Assembly: GCA_043381765.1 (NCBI GenBank)
Contig: JBHJMP010000618.1
Location: 1 to 40,236, forward strand
From: Collodictyon triciliatum
Taxonomy: Eukaryota
DNA length: 40,236 nucleotides
Direction: 5' to 3'
Shown here: piece by piece, positions 1-12,321 of the stretch
Layout: the number at the start of each line of letters is the position of its first letter
Numbering within the stretch: position 1 is the first letter of the stretch
The notes under the pieces: model-generated
Told to the model about the DNA's origin: nothing
Databases searched by the model: none
Seen by the model: the letters and a program-made list of their open reading frames with translations, nothing else
Program-made: the position numbers and the translations under genes

Positions 1-1114
1 CCCCCCCCTGCCCAGATATTTTCACATGAACAAGAGAGAAAAAAAAAAAGAAAAACAAAAATTTTGAAAAAAAAAAAAAAAAAAAAAAAGGTAAACCCAA
101 GAAGGAGGTAACCCCAAGAAAACAGATTGAATTATAAACTGTGAAGGAGGTGAGGACTAAAACAAACATATAAAATACATCTAGGTACGTTCTGTAGTCT
201 GACTGATTAACTGTAAAACAGAATGAAGAGAGGGTGTAAGGAGGGGGGAATTGACTATGAATGACGACTGGTTTAACGATTGATAAGGGGCTGAAAAAGA
301 TGTGATATAAAAAAATCGTATTTGGTTTTGCTTAAAAAAAAAAAAGGGAGGCAACTGGGAAATATCCAGACATTGTAGAAGACAGTGGAGGGGGAAGAAA
401 TACCAATTATGGGTAAAAGTACCTTGAGCCCCTTTCTTATGGGNNNNNNNNNNNNNNNNNNNNNNNNNNNNNNNNNNNNNNNNNNNNNNNNNNNNNNNNN
501 NNNNNNNNNNNNNNNNNNNNNNNNNNNNNNNNNNNNNNNNNNNNNNNNNNNNNNNNNNNNNNNNNNNNNNNNNNNNNNNNNNNNNNNNNNNNNNNNNNNN
601 NNNNNNNNNNNNNNNNNNNNNNNNNNNNNNNNNNNNNNNNNNNNNNNNNNNNNNNNNNNNNNNNNNNNNNNNNNNNNNNNNNNNNNNNNNNNNNNNNNNN
701 NNNNNNNNNNNNNNNNNNNNNNNNNNNNNNNNNNNNNNNNNNNNNNNNNNNNNNNNNNNNNNNNNNNNNNNNNNNNNNNNNNNNNNNNNNNNNNNNNNNN
801 NNNNNNNNNNNNNNNNNNNNNNNNNNNNNNNNNNNNNNNNNNNNNNNNNNNNNNNNNNNNNNNNNNNNNNNNNNNNNNNNNNNNNNNNNNNNNNNNNNNN
901 NNNNNNNNNNNNNNNNNNNNNNNNAGATAAACGTTTAGAGTAGATTATTTTTTTCTGTGCTTAACTTTGAAGCCGACCAGTTGGAGTGATACAATTTCGC
1001 ACCATTTTCCAAGAATTCGTATATTTTGTGATGCATACGTATTGTCAATGACCCTCCAACGACAAACCAAATATCCTACTGTCTCATCAATACTTTATCG
1101 ATTCTATCAAAATT

Positions 1115-3196
1115 CTAGCACAAAGTGGCCTCACAACCCGTGGTCGAATATAAGAAAGCAAGTATATCCTCTCGTAGGGAAGGGGTTGATGAATCATATA
1201 TGTACCCTAAGCTTCCATTACTAAAAAGACAACAACGAAAAGTGTAATCAAAAGAGAGGATTTATGAACTGAAGGTATTGTATAAGACTGCGGTGGGCAA
1301 GGAGCAAACACTTCCACTTCAAGTGTGGGAAAATGGACTCTGGAGTCACATACTACTTTTATTCAAAACGTCTCTATGTTTCCCCTCGCGTAGCACAGGA
1401 TTTGTGGTTACCGCACCTTATCGGCGATTCTTTCTATCTGCAGAATGTTATTAGTCATGGGTCTATAATGTTTTCATAGGTGGCAAACTTTCATTTAAAA
1501 CTTAGCAACAGCAAATTGCTGTCAAAAAAAAAATTCCAATAACTATGGCATTACTTGATTGGAAGAAAGATCCAGTGACTGGAGCTGGTCCATATCAAAG
1601 AGGAAGGCTGGGACTTCGGTTAACTTTTAAAGGAAAATTGCAATATATACACATGAAAAATAGAGCTGACGTCGCAATTTATTTAGATTTCTTTAAAAAT
1701 TAATGATACTCTAAAGTTTTAATATGAGGAAACCTTATTGTTCGCCAAACAGAGTTTCGACAGATAGCTCAAAGATGTGAATGAAAGGGGCAGCGACTTT
1801 ATCTGATTCGTGTGTTTAGTGAATAATTTTGTATGAAAGCTTTCATGGTTGTATCATGCGATTTTTTCTTTTACTTGATTAAAAGATAAGTCTATTGACT
1901 TCAGGTCCTTGCACATGTCCACCAAATGTTGATTGCATCCAACACCTTTGTGGGCAAAGCTTCGATCGAACACGTCCACTCTCACATTCCAGAGCGGGTC
2001 GTTTCTTGCTACCAGTGATGATTTCTCATGGATACTGGCATCAACTCGAATTACATTCGGCAAGTATTCATATCCAACTCTTAACGAGTTCAACTTATTT
2101 AGATTTGAAACCCCAGCCGGCAGTGCAACAATCTTGGAGAAGAAAAGAAAGAAAATGACGAAATTATCCATACCAATACTAAATACATTTCATTTGATAA
2201 TGGATGTAGAGCATGATTGATTTTGATTTGCAATAAATAGGATGGGTTTACCGGATTTTTGCTTATATTAAAATAAACAAGCTCCGTTAAACCAGATATT
2301 TCTTCAGGAAGGCAACTGATTTCATTCTTGGATGCATCCAAGTAGGAAAGCACTTTTAATTTCGATATGCCTATAGGAAATGAGGGCACTTGATTTTCAT
2401 GAATGTCAAGCCACGTGAGACCAGCCAACTCGGCTATTCCGTCGGGCAAAGATATCAAGTGATTCCTGTATGATTCAATTTTTTCGATATGTACCCAACA
2501 CGATATACCATCAGGCAAAACGGAGAGCTGGTTGTTGCTGATGATAACTTGCTCCATATTAGTGAGGCTAGATATTTCGGGTGGCAGCATAGATATTTTG
2601 TTAAATTCTAGTCTCATTTTTTGAAGATTAAGCAATGCTGATAGTTCTGCGGGAAGATAGGAAATCTTATTCATGCGAACGAGAAGCTCTGTGAGGCCTG
2701 TGAGTGCGGATATCTCTTTCGGCAACGAGGTTAGCAAGTTCCCAGACAATTCAATACTTGTCAAGCCTGTCAAATGGGATATCTGAGGTGGCAACTCTGA
2801 CAATCTATTATCGTTTAAGAGCAGCTCTTTGAGGTTGGTCAATGCGCATGCTTGTGTCGGGAAAGTCATTATCAAGTTGCCTGCTAATTTCATCTCTGCA
2901 AGATGCACCAGCACGGATATATCAGTGGGAAGCAAGTAAATCTGATTGCGTGAGGCTTCAAGCCGGGTCAATCTTGACAATTTACTTATCCCGTTGCCGA
3001 AGGATGGGATGGCGTTGTCGGACATTTCCAGAACAACCAGGCGCCCCAGCTCGAATATACCGAGAGGGATTACTTGCAAGCTCTTGTTGCGGATGTCAAG
3101 TCTTGTGCAGTTTTCCAGAGGATGGAGAAAGGCCTCGGGTTCATACTTTGGCCCGAGACTCTTGAGACTTCTCAGTCGAGTGATGCGCTTCAGCAT
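1115..3196 (-). CDS. Leucine-rich repeat protein (typical LRRs), multi-exon
   Basis: Likely ATG at 3196 (MLKRITRL...). Exon 3196-2252 has many LxxLxLxxNxLxxLP repeats and ends at a GTAAAC donor. Further exons: 2132-~1875 (IVALPAGVSNLNKL...DLSFNQ), ~1800-1735 (SLPLSFTSLSYLSKLCLANNK), ~1623-1555 (LTEVPAFLFDMDQLQSLDLSSNQ). The 3' end (tentative TAG at 1115-1117) is uncertain. Confidence 0.85.
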
Positions 3197-3768
3197 GACC
3201 GTCTTTATTTTTATTTTTATTTTTAGTCCTTTTTGACAACAGGTGGGAATGTGGCAGTGTGTTTGGATCGGCTGTTTGCCTCGTTGCCGTTTGGCTTTGT
3301 TGTGTTTTGGCAGCAAGCGCGAATCTTGGCTGTGCAGCGCTGCAGATTTCAGTGTCATTGCGCCCTTTTCCACATATACATAAATGTCCATTCTCCTTTC
3401 TTTCTTAAANNNNNNNNNNNNNNNNNNNNNNNNNNNNNNNNNNNNNNNNNNNNNNNNNNNNNNNNNNNNNNNNNNNNNNNNNNNNNNNNNNNNNNNNNNN
3501 NNNNNNNNNNNNNNNNNNNNNNNNNNNNNNNNNNNNNNNNNNNNNNNNNNNNNNNNNNNNNNNNNNNNNNNNNNNNNNNNNNNNNNNNNNNNNNNNNNNN
3601 NNNNNNNNNNNNNNNNNNNNNNNNNNNNNNNNNNNNNNNNNNNNNNNNNNNNNNNNNNNNNNNNNNNNNNNNNNNNNNNNNNNNNNNNNNNNNNNNNNNN
3701 NNNNNNNNNNNNNNNNNNNNNNNNNNNNNNNNNNNNNNNNNNNNNNNNNNNNNNNNNNNNNNNNNNNN

Positions 3769-3817
<49 letters not shown>

Positions 3818-3824
3818 CGTTGTC
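3769..3824. repeat. (TTG)n microsatellite next to an N gap
   Basis: Direct reading of the sequence. Confidence 0.95.
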
Positions 3825-3830
3825 GAAATA

Positions 3831-5270
3831 GTATCTGATTATTGCCATATTGAAAGATTGCAGAACGTCGAATTCAAGCACCATAGAGCAAGGAGAACAT
3901 TTAAGAATCTTCCACCAGACGCTACTCAGAACGCCTGTTACTTTACCGTCCCCCTACGACAACCAGGTTCTATACTCTTATTTTTTGTACCCTTTTATTA
4001 CTCTCCCTTATCTTGATCATATTTAAATGATCATTTTTATGTGTATAAATGTCTTGATCCATTCATATTTTGATGTTAATATGTGTGTCCCATTTTTTTT
4101 TTTAAAAAAAAATCGCATACCCGAAATCACTGCAAAGTGTTGATTGACAATCAAATCATTAATCATGATTTTTGACGACTTCAATGATTAAAATAGATGA
4201 AAGACAAATCCAGCAACGTCAATTCGAGGAGGATGTAAAGTAAGTATATTTAACTTTAAAATCAAGTCTATGACAATCGTTCACCAACACTCTCCACCAG
4301 GAGGAGGAAGAATCGCGAGGCTGCGCAAACTTTTCGACAAAGAAAGAAGGAGCAGATAATTGACATGGAAGTGAAAATATCCTCATACGAAAGACAAATT
4401 ATGGAGTATGAAAAAAAGGTTTCTTATTCACATTTTTACCACCTCTTCATTGAAAATCAATTTTAACCTAACAAAGCCATATCGATAAAAGAGAAGTAAT
4501 GCTGAAGAAAGATGAAAATATTGAAAAAAAAGGAGGGAATACGTCGAATAAAAGAATAGAAAATACAGGAAAATAAACGAAAATTAAATAGTGTTTAAAA
4601 CGGTTTTAGATAAGACAATTGGAGGAAGAAAATAAGCAGTTGTATCAGCGCCTCTATTTTTATGAGAGTAGAATTCCTGAAGGTATAGTGGTGGAGATTT
4701 TCTTTTTGTTATGAGTCCTTTTTTCAAATATTTTCTCCGATTTTACCAAAGTATACTATATAAATTTTTAACCGAAAATAATAATAATATATTAGCATCA
4801 GAATATGAACCGTCCAACAATCCAGGAAACAAGAGAAAGTTAGGAGCACTTTTGGTAAATATATAGTGTTATACATTTCGTCTACCTATCTGCGATACTC
4901 ACAGATTTGGAATTTTAGATGGTTATGTTTGCTGTGTCCTTCTTGTTTGCACCAAGTTTTTTCATGGGCCCTCCTGTCACACAAGAGAACGAAGGCTCGT
5001 AAGTATTTGCCGTGCGTCCATTTGACAAACCCATATTTTGAAATACAGTATTTAACCTTTGGAGAATGCTCTAATTTTCTCGAGTGACACAATATACTGT
5101 CTCATTTTTCAATATATATTTTGCGTGCTGTTTGATCTGGGGTAGGCGTTACATCGGAAGAGCCTTAATGGACTATGACGGAGGAGTTGTCGCGTATCCT
5201 AAACCAGTACCACTGCCAACGAACAAAATGGTTTTTAGCCACAGAATCCCTAATATCCATATTTATGGGT

Positions 5271-5301
<31 letters not shown>

Positions 5302-5601
5302 TTTTGTCGAATACTAACATGAATCGTCAGGTCTACTACATGAGTAGTCCTACTCCCGTGCCGTCAATGTCTCTGCCTGATGGAAGGTAAAGAACTATGA
5401 AATGACCAAAACAACTTGGATCCATGTTTCATTCTCTTTGATAATCCTACCCTTATTTGGATGCTATTTGGCCATTTGAAAAAACTCGAAGTCGATACTT
5501 CAGCATTTTTGAAAAATGATGGACATCCATTTTCATTAACACCAAAGAATTATGACTGCGTGGTTTTAAACCTTATTTTTATTGTATTTTATTTTAGTAT
5601 T

Positions 5602-5674
<73 letters not shown>

Positions 5675-6891
5675 NNNNNNNNNNNNNNNNNNNNNNNNNN
5701 NNNNNNNNNNNNNNNNNNNNNNNNNNNNNNNNNNNNNNNNNNNNNNNNNNNNNNNNNNNNNNNNNNNNNNNNNNNNNNNNNNNNNNNNNNNNNNNNNNNN
5801 NNNNNNNNNNNNNNNNNNNNNNNNNNNNNNNNNNNNNNNNNNNNNNNNNNNNNNNNNNNNNNNNNNNNNNNNNNNNNNNNNNNNNNNNNNNNNNNNNNNN
5901 NNNNNNNNNNNNNNNNNNNNNNNNNNNNNNNNNNNNNNNNNNNNNNNNNNNNNNNNNNNNNNNNNNNNNNNNNNNNNNNNNNNNNNNNNNNNNNNNNNNN
6001 NNNNNNNNNNNNNNNNNNNNNNNNNNNNNNNNNNNNNNNNNNNNNNNNNNNNNNNNNNNNNNNNNNNNNNNNNNNNNNNNNNNNNNNNNNNNNNNNNNNN
6101 NNNNNNNNNNNNNNNCAAATTAACACATTCTTATTTTCCATATCTGAGTTTGCGTCATACGGTAGAGATCAATTGCTAAGAAAAAAAAAATTCAATCGGA
6201 CACCAGACATCAAGTTATCGACCCCACCGGAAATCAAACATCTCTGATAAAATCAATTCGACCAGCATCTGTTGCTGAAAGGTAAAATCTTACTTGGCCT
6301 TTTTTTCTTTTCCGGAAGAAAAGCGAAGCACTCACATGAGAGAAGCAAATTATGTACAATAAACTGGTAACCATCTCATTGCCCAAAATCCCCTCTAGGG
6401 ACATGCCACGAATCGAAGATACAGAGGGCGCATCGTATATATACTGTAATGACGCGTACCAGATTTCAACACAGCACGAACCAGCAGTAATTTTTCATCC
6501 TTTTTCGAAAGAAATAGAAAAAATTGTGACGGTCATAATCTTCACTTACTTTTTTTTTTTTAACTTACCTTTATGCAACGACAAGAAATTACCTTTTTAC
6601 TCTTATTCTTTCTTTTTTTTTTCCAGAGCAACTCTGTTGTTTCGCTACTGATTCCTGCATCTGTCCTTTCCACGAAAAACTCTACGACTGATCCAATGTG
6701 GAATAACGTGAGCCGATGCCTTGTATTTGGAATGATATAATAGACCCGGACAGACAGACAAACCAAGAGTTTTAACCCAAAAAAATCTTTCTTTTTCTTT
6801 CTAGGACACCATTGTGCAAGTCTCTTGTGAAATCCTCGATATTCGTGTCATTAACCCATTGCCAACCCCTGTCGTGTCTGATGGGAAATGA
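3831..6891 (+). CDS. Membrane-tethered bZIP transcription factor, ATF6-like (5' end probably in the N gap)
   Basis: Frame-compatible GT-AG exons ~3831-3966, 4198-4239, 4301-4418, 4610-4682, 4796-4854, 4919-4998, 5146-5230, 5331-5386, 6207-6281, 6399-6486, 6627-6707, 6805-6891. They encode the basic region KRRKNREAAQTFRQRKK, zipper ...IRQLEEENKQL, TM segment LGALLMVMFAVSFLFAPSFFMGP, luminal GRALM, and C-terminal SYIYC...VSLLIPA...IVQVSCEILDIRVI, ending at TGA 6889-6891. Confidence 0.85.
5602..5674. repeat. (TTG)n microsatellite running into an N gap, inside an intron of the bZIP gene
   Basis: Direct reading of the sequence. Confidence 0.95.
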
Positions 6892-7280
6892 ATCACTTGA
6901 ATAGGCCATCAAGACAAGATGAAAACTTACCCTAGCACAGGCTTTGACAGCAAAACACAGTGCTCCACACCAAGCCACCACCCCCAACCCCACCATCCAT
7001 GTTCCAAAAGTAATTCCGAGTTTCCCCCTCTTTTCCTTCTTTTCTTTTCTTTTTTCCACATATCATCTTCTCTCGACAAGAAACCCACAAAAACCCACAA
7101 AATCATTCTCGTGTGCCCAGTCATCCTTTTGCCTCAAAATTCAACCACACTAAAACCACGCTGCACCCGTTGATATTGTATTGTTGACAACCTAAAATGT
7201 ATCACCAAGAGAAAAACATTATGGTTCAAGTACCACTTTCCTTGCGTTTACTTTGTTAAGTTCGGGCCTTGATGGAGGGT

Positions 7281-7341
<61 letters not shown>
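7281..7341. repeat. (GAT)n microsatellite just downstream of the Rossmann-protein stop codon
   Basis: Direct reading of the sequence. Confidence 0.95.
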
Positions 7342-7356
7342 CAGGTGCAACCAGCA

Positions 7357-8403
7357 TCACCACTGCTGTGTCTGCGCCCACTCTGCAAAGGATGCGAAGC
7401 GCGGCTGCCAATGCGCCAGGACCTTCCGAGTCTCCGGATTGGCCAGGCGCTTCCCAAGCGGCCCATCCTTCCCTACAAAGGCGCAGCACGGACGAGGATG
7501 CATCGCGCGGGTGATTTGGGAGCGCTGCATGGGAGTCTGGTCGCAGCCGAGGAAGAGAGCGCGCCGAGATAATTGTGGCAGCGAGTATGGCGGAAGCCCG
7601 GCCGCATGGGCCAAAGCATGAAGACACAGAGACGCCGCATCTGAGTAGTGAATCAGGTTGACGAAGCCATCCGGTCGCATCGGGCTCTCCTTCATCCGCT
7701 GGTAGACGCAGTGAGGCCCTTTGCCGGACGAGTACAGGCCAGCCAGGCGCACAACAACGCCCCGGGCGTGGAGGACAAGCGCCTCGCACAGAAGCAGAAT
7801 CCCGCTCGTCGCCGACTTGCGCAGAAGTCCGTCCGCCAAGGATGCGTCAGCCTCGACCCAGTCCATGATGCGGTCGGCCAGCCTCTGGTATCGTACCTCG
7901 GCATCGTGCTCCTGGCCCGACGCAGCTGCCGTGTCCAGGCGGGCGATGAAGTCTGCATCTATACCGGACGGCCAGGACACAAGGTCGTCTTCGACGCAAA
8001 GCTCAGCGTGTTCGGCTGCGGCATAGACACCCGAGCTCGAGACAAAGAGAGCCGAGCGTGTGCAGTGGTCCAGCCCAAAGGCAACGAGGGCGAGATATTC
8101 CCGTGGGGTTTGGCATGTTGAGGGCGGCACGCAAATGATAACATGGTGGAATCTTTGGAGCGGCTCGGCTGTCGTTGCGAGTGCAAAGCGTGCCGGTCCC
8201 TCTGGAAGCTCGCTGCGTTGATGGTCGTCCATTTGTCTGCGCAGCTGCTCGTGGCGTGTTTTGGTCTTTGTGATTCCGGTTATGAGCCACCCGCGGAGTG
8301 CCGCAATGTCGGGTTTGGCGAGCTCCGATAGAAGGTGCGAGCCGAGTTCACCGCAGCCAAGAATGCCCAGGTGTGTTGGTGTTTCGGGCGTGGGTTCGGC
8401 CAT
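7357..8403 (-). CDS. NAD(P)-binding Rossmann-fold / atypical SDR protein (YeeZ / Arabidopsis At2g39080-like), intronless
   Basis: Likely ATG at 8403 (MAEPTPETP). Motifs: ILGCGELG (GxGxxG), VIICVPPS, LFVSSSGVY, LLLCEALVL, VVRLAGLY, NLIHYSDAA, FLGCDQTP, GPLGKRLANPETRKVLAHWQPRFASF. Confidence 0.85.
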   Translation of the reverse strand: MAEPTPETPTHLGILGCGELGSHLLSELAKPDIAALRGWLITGITKTKTRHEQLRRQMDDHQRSELPEGPARFALATTAEPLQRFHHVIICVPPSTCQTPREYLALVAFGLDHCTRSALFVSSSGVYAAAEHAELCVEDDLVSWPSGIDADFIARLDTAAASGQEHDAEVRYQRLADRIMDWVEADASLADGLLRKSATSGILLLCEALVLHARGVVVRLAGLYSSGKGPHCVYQRMKESPMRPDGFVNLIHYSDAASLCLHALAHAAGLPPYSLPQLSRRALFLGCDQTPMQRSQITRAMHPRPCCAFVGKDGPLGKRLANPETRKVLAHWQPRFASFAEWAQTQQW

Positions 8404-8698
8404 TGCTTTTGCGCCTCTTTTTTTTTTTTCTTCTAAAAAAAATATTGTTATTTCTTGTCCTTTGCCTCTATGTCTTTTCTCCTTGATTCGACACCAGTTG
8501 TTTGTTGTCGTGTTGTTTGTGACGTTTAATGTCTTTGTCAGTGTGTGGTTTATCCAGGAGGGGGTTTCTCCATATATCATTTTTCTTCTCCCCGTTTTGA
8601 AGGTTTATTGGTTTAATTCCGAGCGCAGAAAATTGTGGTCCCTTTATGGTACAGCACGCTGTCTTGGAGGCGGAGGCGGCGGCTAAGGGTTTGCTTCG

Positions 8699-10984
<2,286 letters not shown>

Positions 10985-11490
10985 CTGTAGTGGGAAAAGA
11001 AAAAATTATTCGAGTGCACACCAACAGAAGGGAATGTATGTTTATTGATGTGAGCTAATGTATAGAAGGGATTCAGCATTTTCGTAAATTTTGCGCATGA
11101 ATGATTTTAATTAATGAACAATGTTATTCTATTTTCAGCGTCTTTCCATTGTGACCAAGTGTAATTTAAACATAATAGCCATTTTTTATACCTAGTATGC
11201 ATCTATTGTACATATGCTTTAATATGGAAATTCACCTTTTTTTTTTTAAAAAAAAAAAAAGAGGGAGAAAAAAAGTTAAGTACCTATCAGAAATAATTAA
11301 AATTAATGTAATCACATCTAAAATGTATCCACATTCCGATAGTTGACTGCTTTTTTAAAATGATTGATATGTTTCCAGTAATTTTAATCGTATTGTCCAT
11401 GGACATTTCCCCTTATTTAAATACATAATTGCTACGCACTGCCTCAACGGTCAAATGTTTTCTCTTCTAAGTGTTCTGATTGAGAATACA

Positions 11491-11539
<49 letters not shown>
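11491..11539. repeat. (ATT)n microsatellite next to an N gap
   Basis: Direct reading of the sequence. Confidence 0.95.
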
Positions 11540-12321
11540 NNNNNNNNNNNNNNNNNNNNNNNNNNNNNNNNNNNNNNNNNNNNNNNNNNNNNNNNNNNNN
11601 NNNNNNNNNNNNNNNNNNNNNNNNNNNNNNNNNNNNNNNNNNNNNNNNNNNNNNNNNNNNNNNNNNNNNNNNNNNNNNNNNNNNNNNNNNNNNNNNNNNN
11701 NNNNNNNNNNNNNNNNNNNNNNNNNNNNNNNNNNNNNNNNNNNNNNNNNNNNNNNNNNNNNNNNNNNNNNNNNNNNNNNNNNNNNNNNNNNNNNNNNNNN
11801 NNNNNNNNNNNNNNNNNNNNNNNNNNNNNNNNNNNNNNNNNNNNNNNNNNNNNNNNNNNNNNNNNNNNNNNNNNNNNNNNNNNNNNNNNNNNNNNNNNNN
11901 NNNNNNNNNNNNNNNNNNNNNAATCGACCTCTTGGTGCACCTGCTCCTGGCCAATACGCCCGAAAGAAGCATGTCTACAACCGTTTATGTCCCAGAGGCG
12001 CCTGTCACGAGAATCTGACAATAGGTTCTTCCAATTCTGGAATAACAGCACTCAGGTTTCCGCCAGCAACACACTTTTTTTCCTCTTTTTTTTTTTATGA
12101 TAAACGGTGTGACCATTTTTCTACTCCTTTCGCGAGGATTTCTTAAAGTCGTCTGTCAGCCAGGCTGCAGCCGCAAATCCCAAGCCAAAGGCGAGCCTCT
12201 TTGAATAGAAACAGGAAGGCAGCGGCATACAAACTCTATCACAAACCAACTTTGAATATTTGCAGGGTAACAACCTCACTGCAACTCACAGCCAACCAAA
12301 ACAGCCCATAGTTTCGTCCGC

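Noticed and set aside
385-930. ORFs spanning N gaps (also 3233-4016, 5416-6247, 11451-12100, 29446-29956)
   Set aside because: They are open only because of Ns and adjoining microsatellites.
3197-3391. N-terminal extension of the LRR ORF
   Set aside because: It crosses an (AAAAAT)n tract and promoter-like sequence; the ATG at 3196 is more plausible.
7248-7340. Poly-His/Asp/Met/Ile ORFs
   Set aside because: These are translations of the (GAT)n microsatellite.
8404-8580. N-terminal extension of the Rossmann ORF as a targeting peptide
   Set aside because: It is A-run-rich UTR-like sequence with a non-ATG start; coding-like composition begins at ATG 8403.
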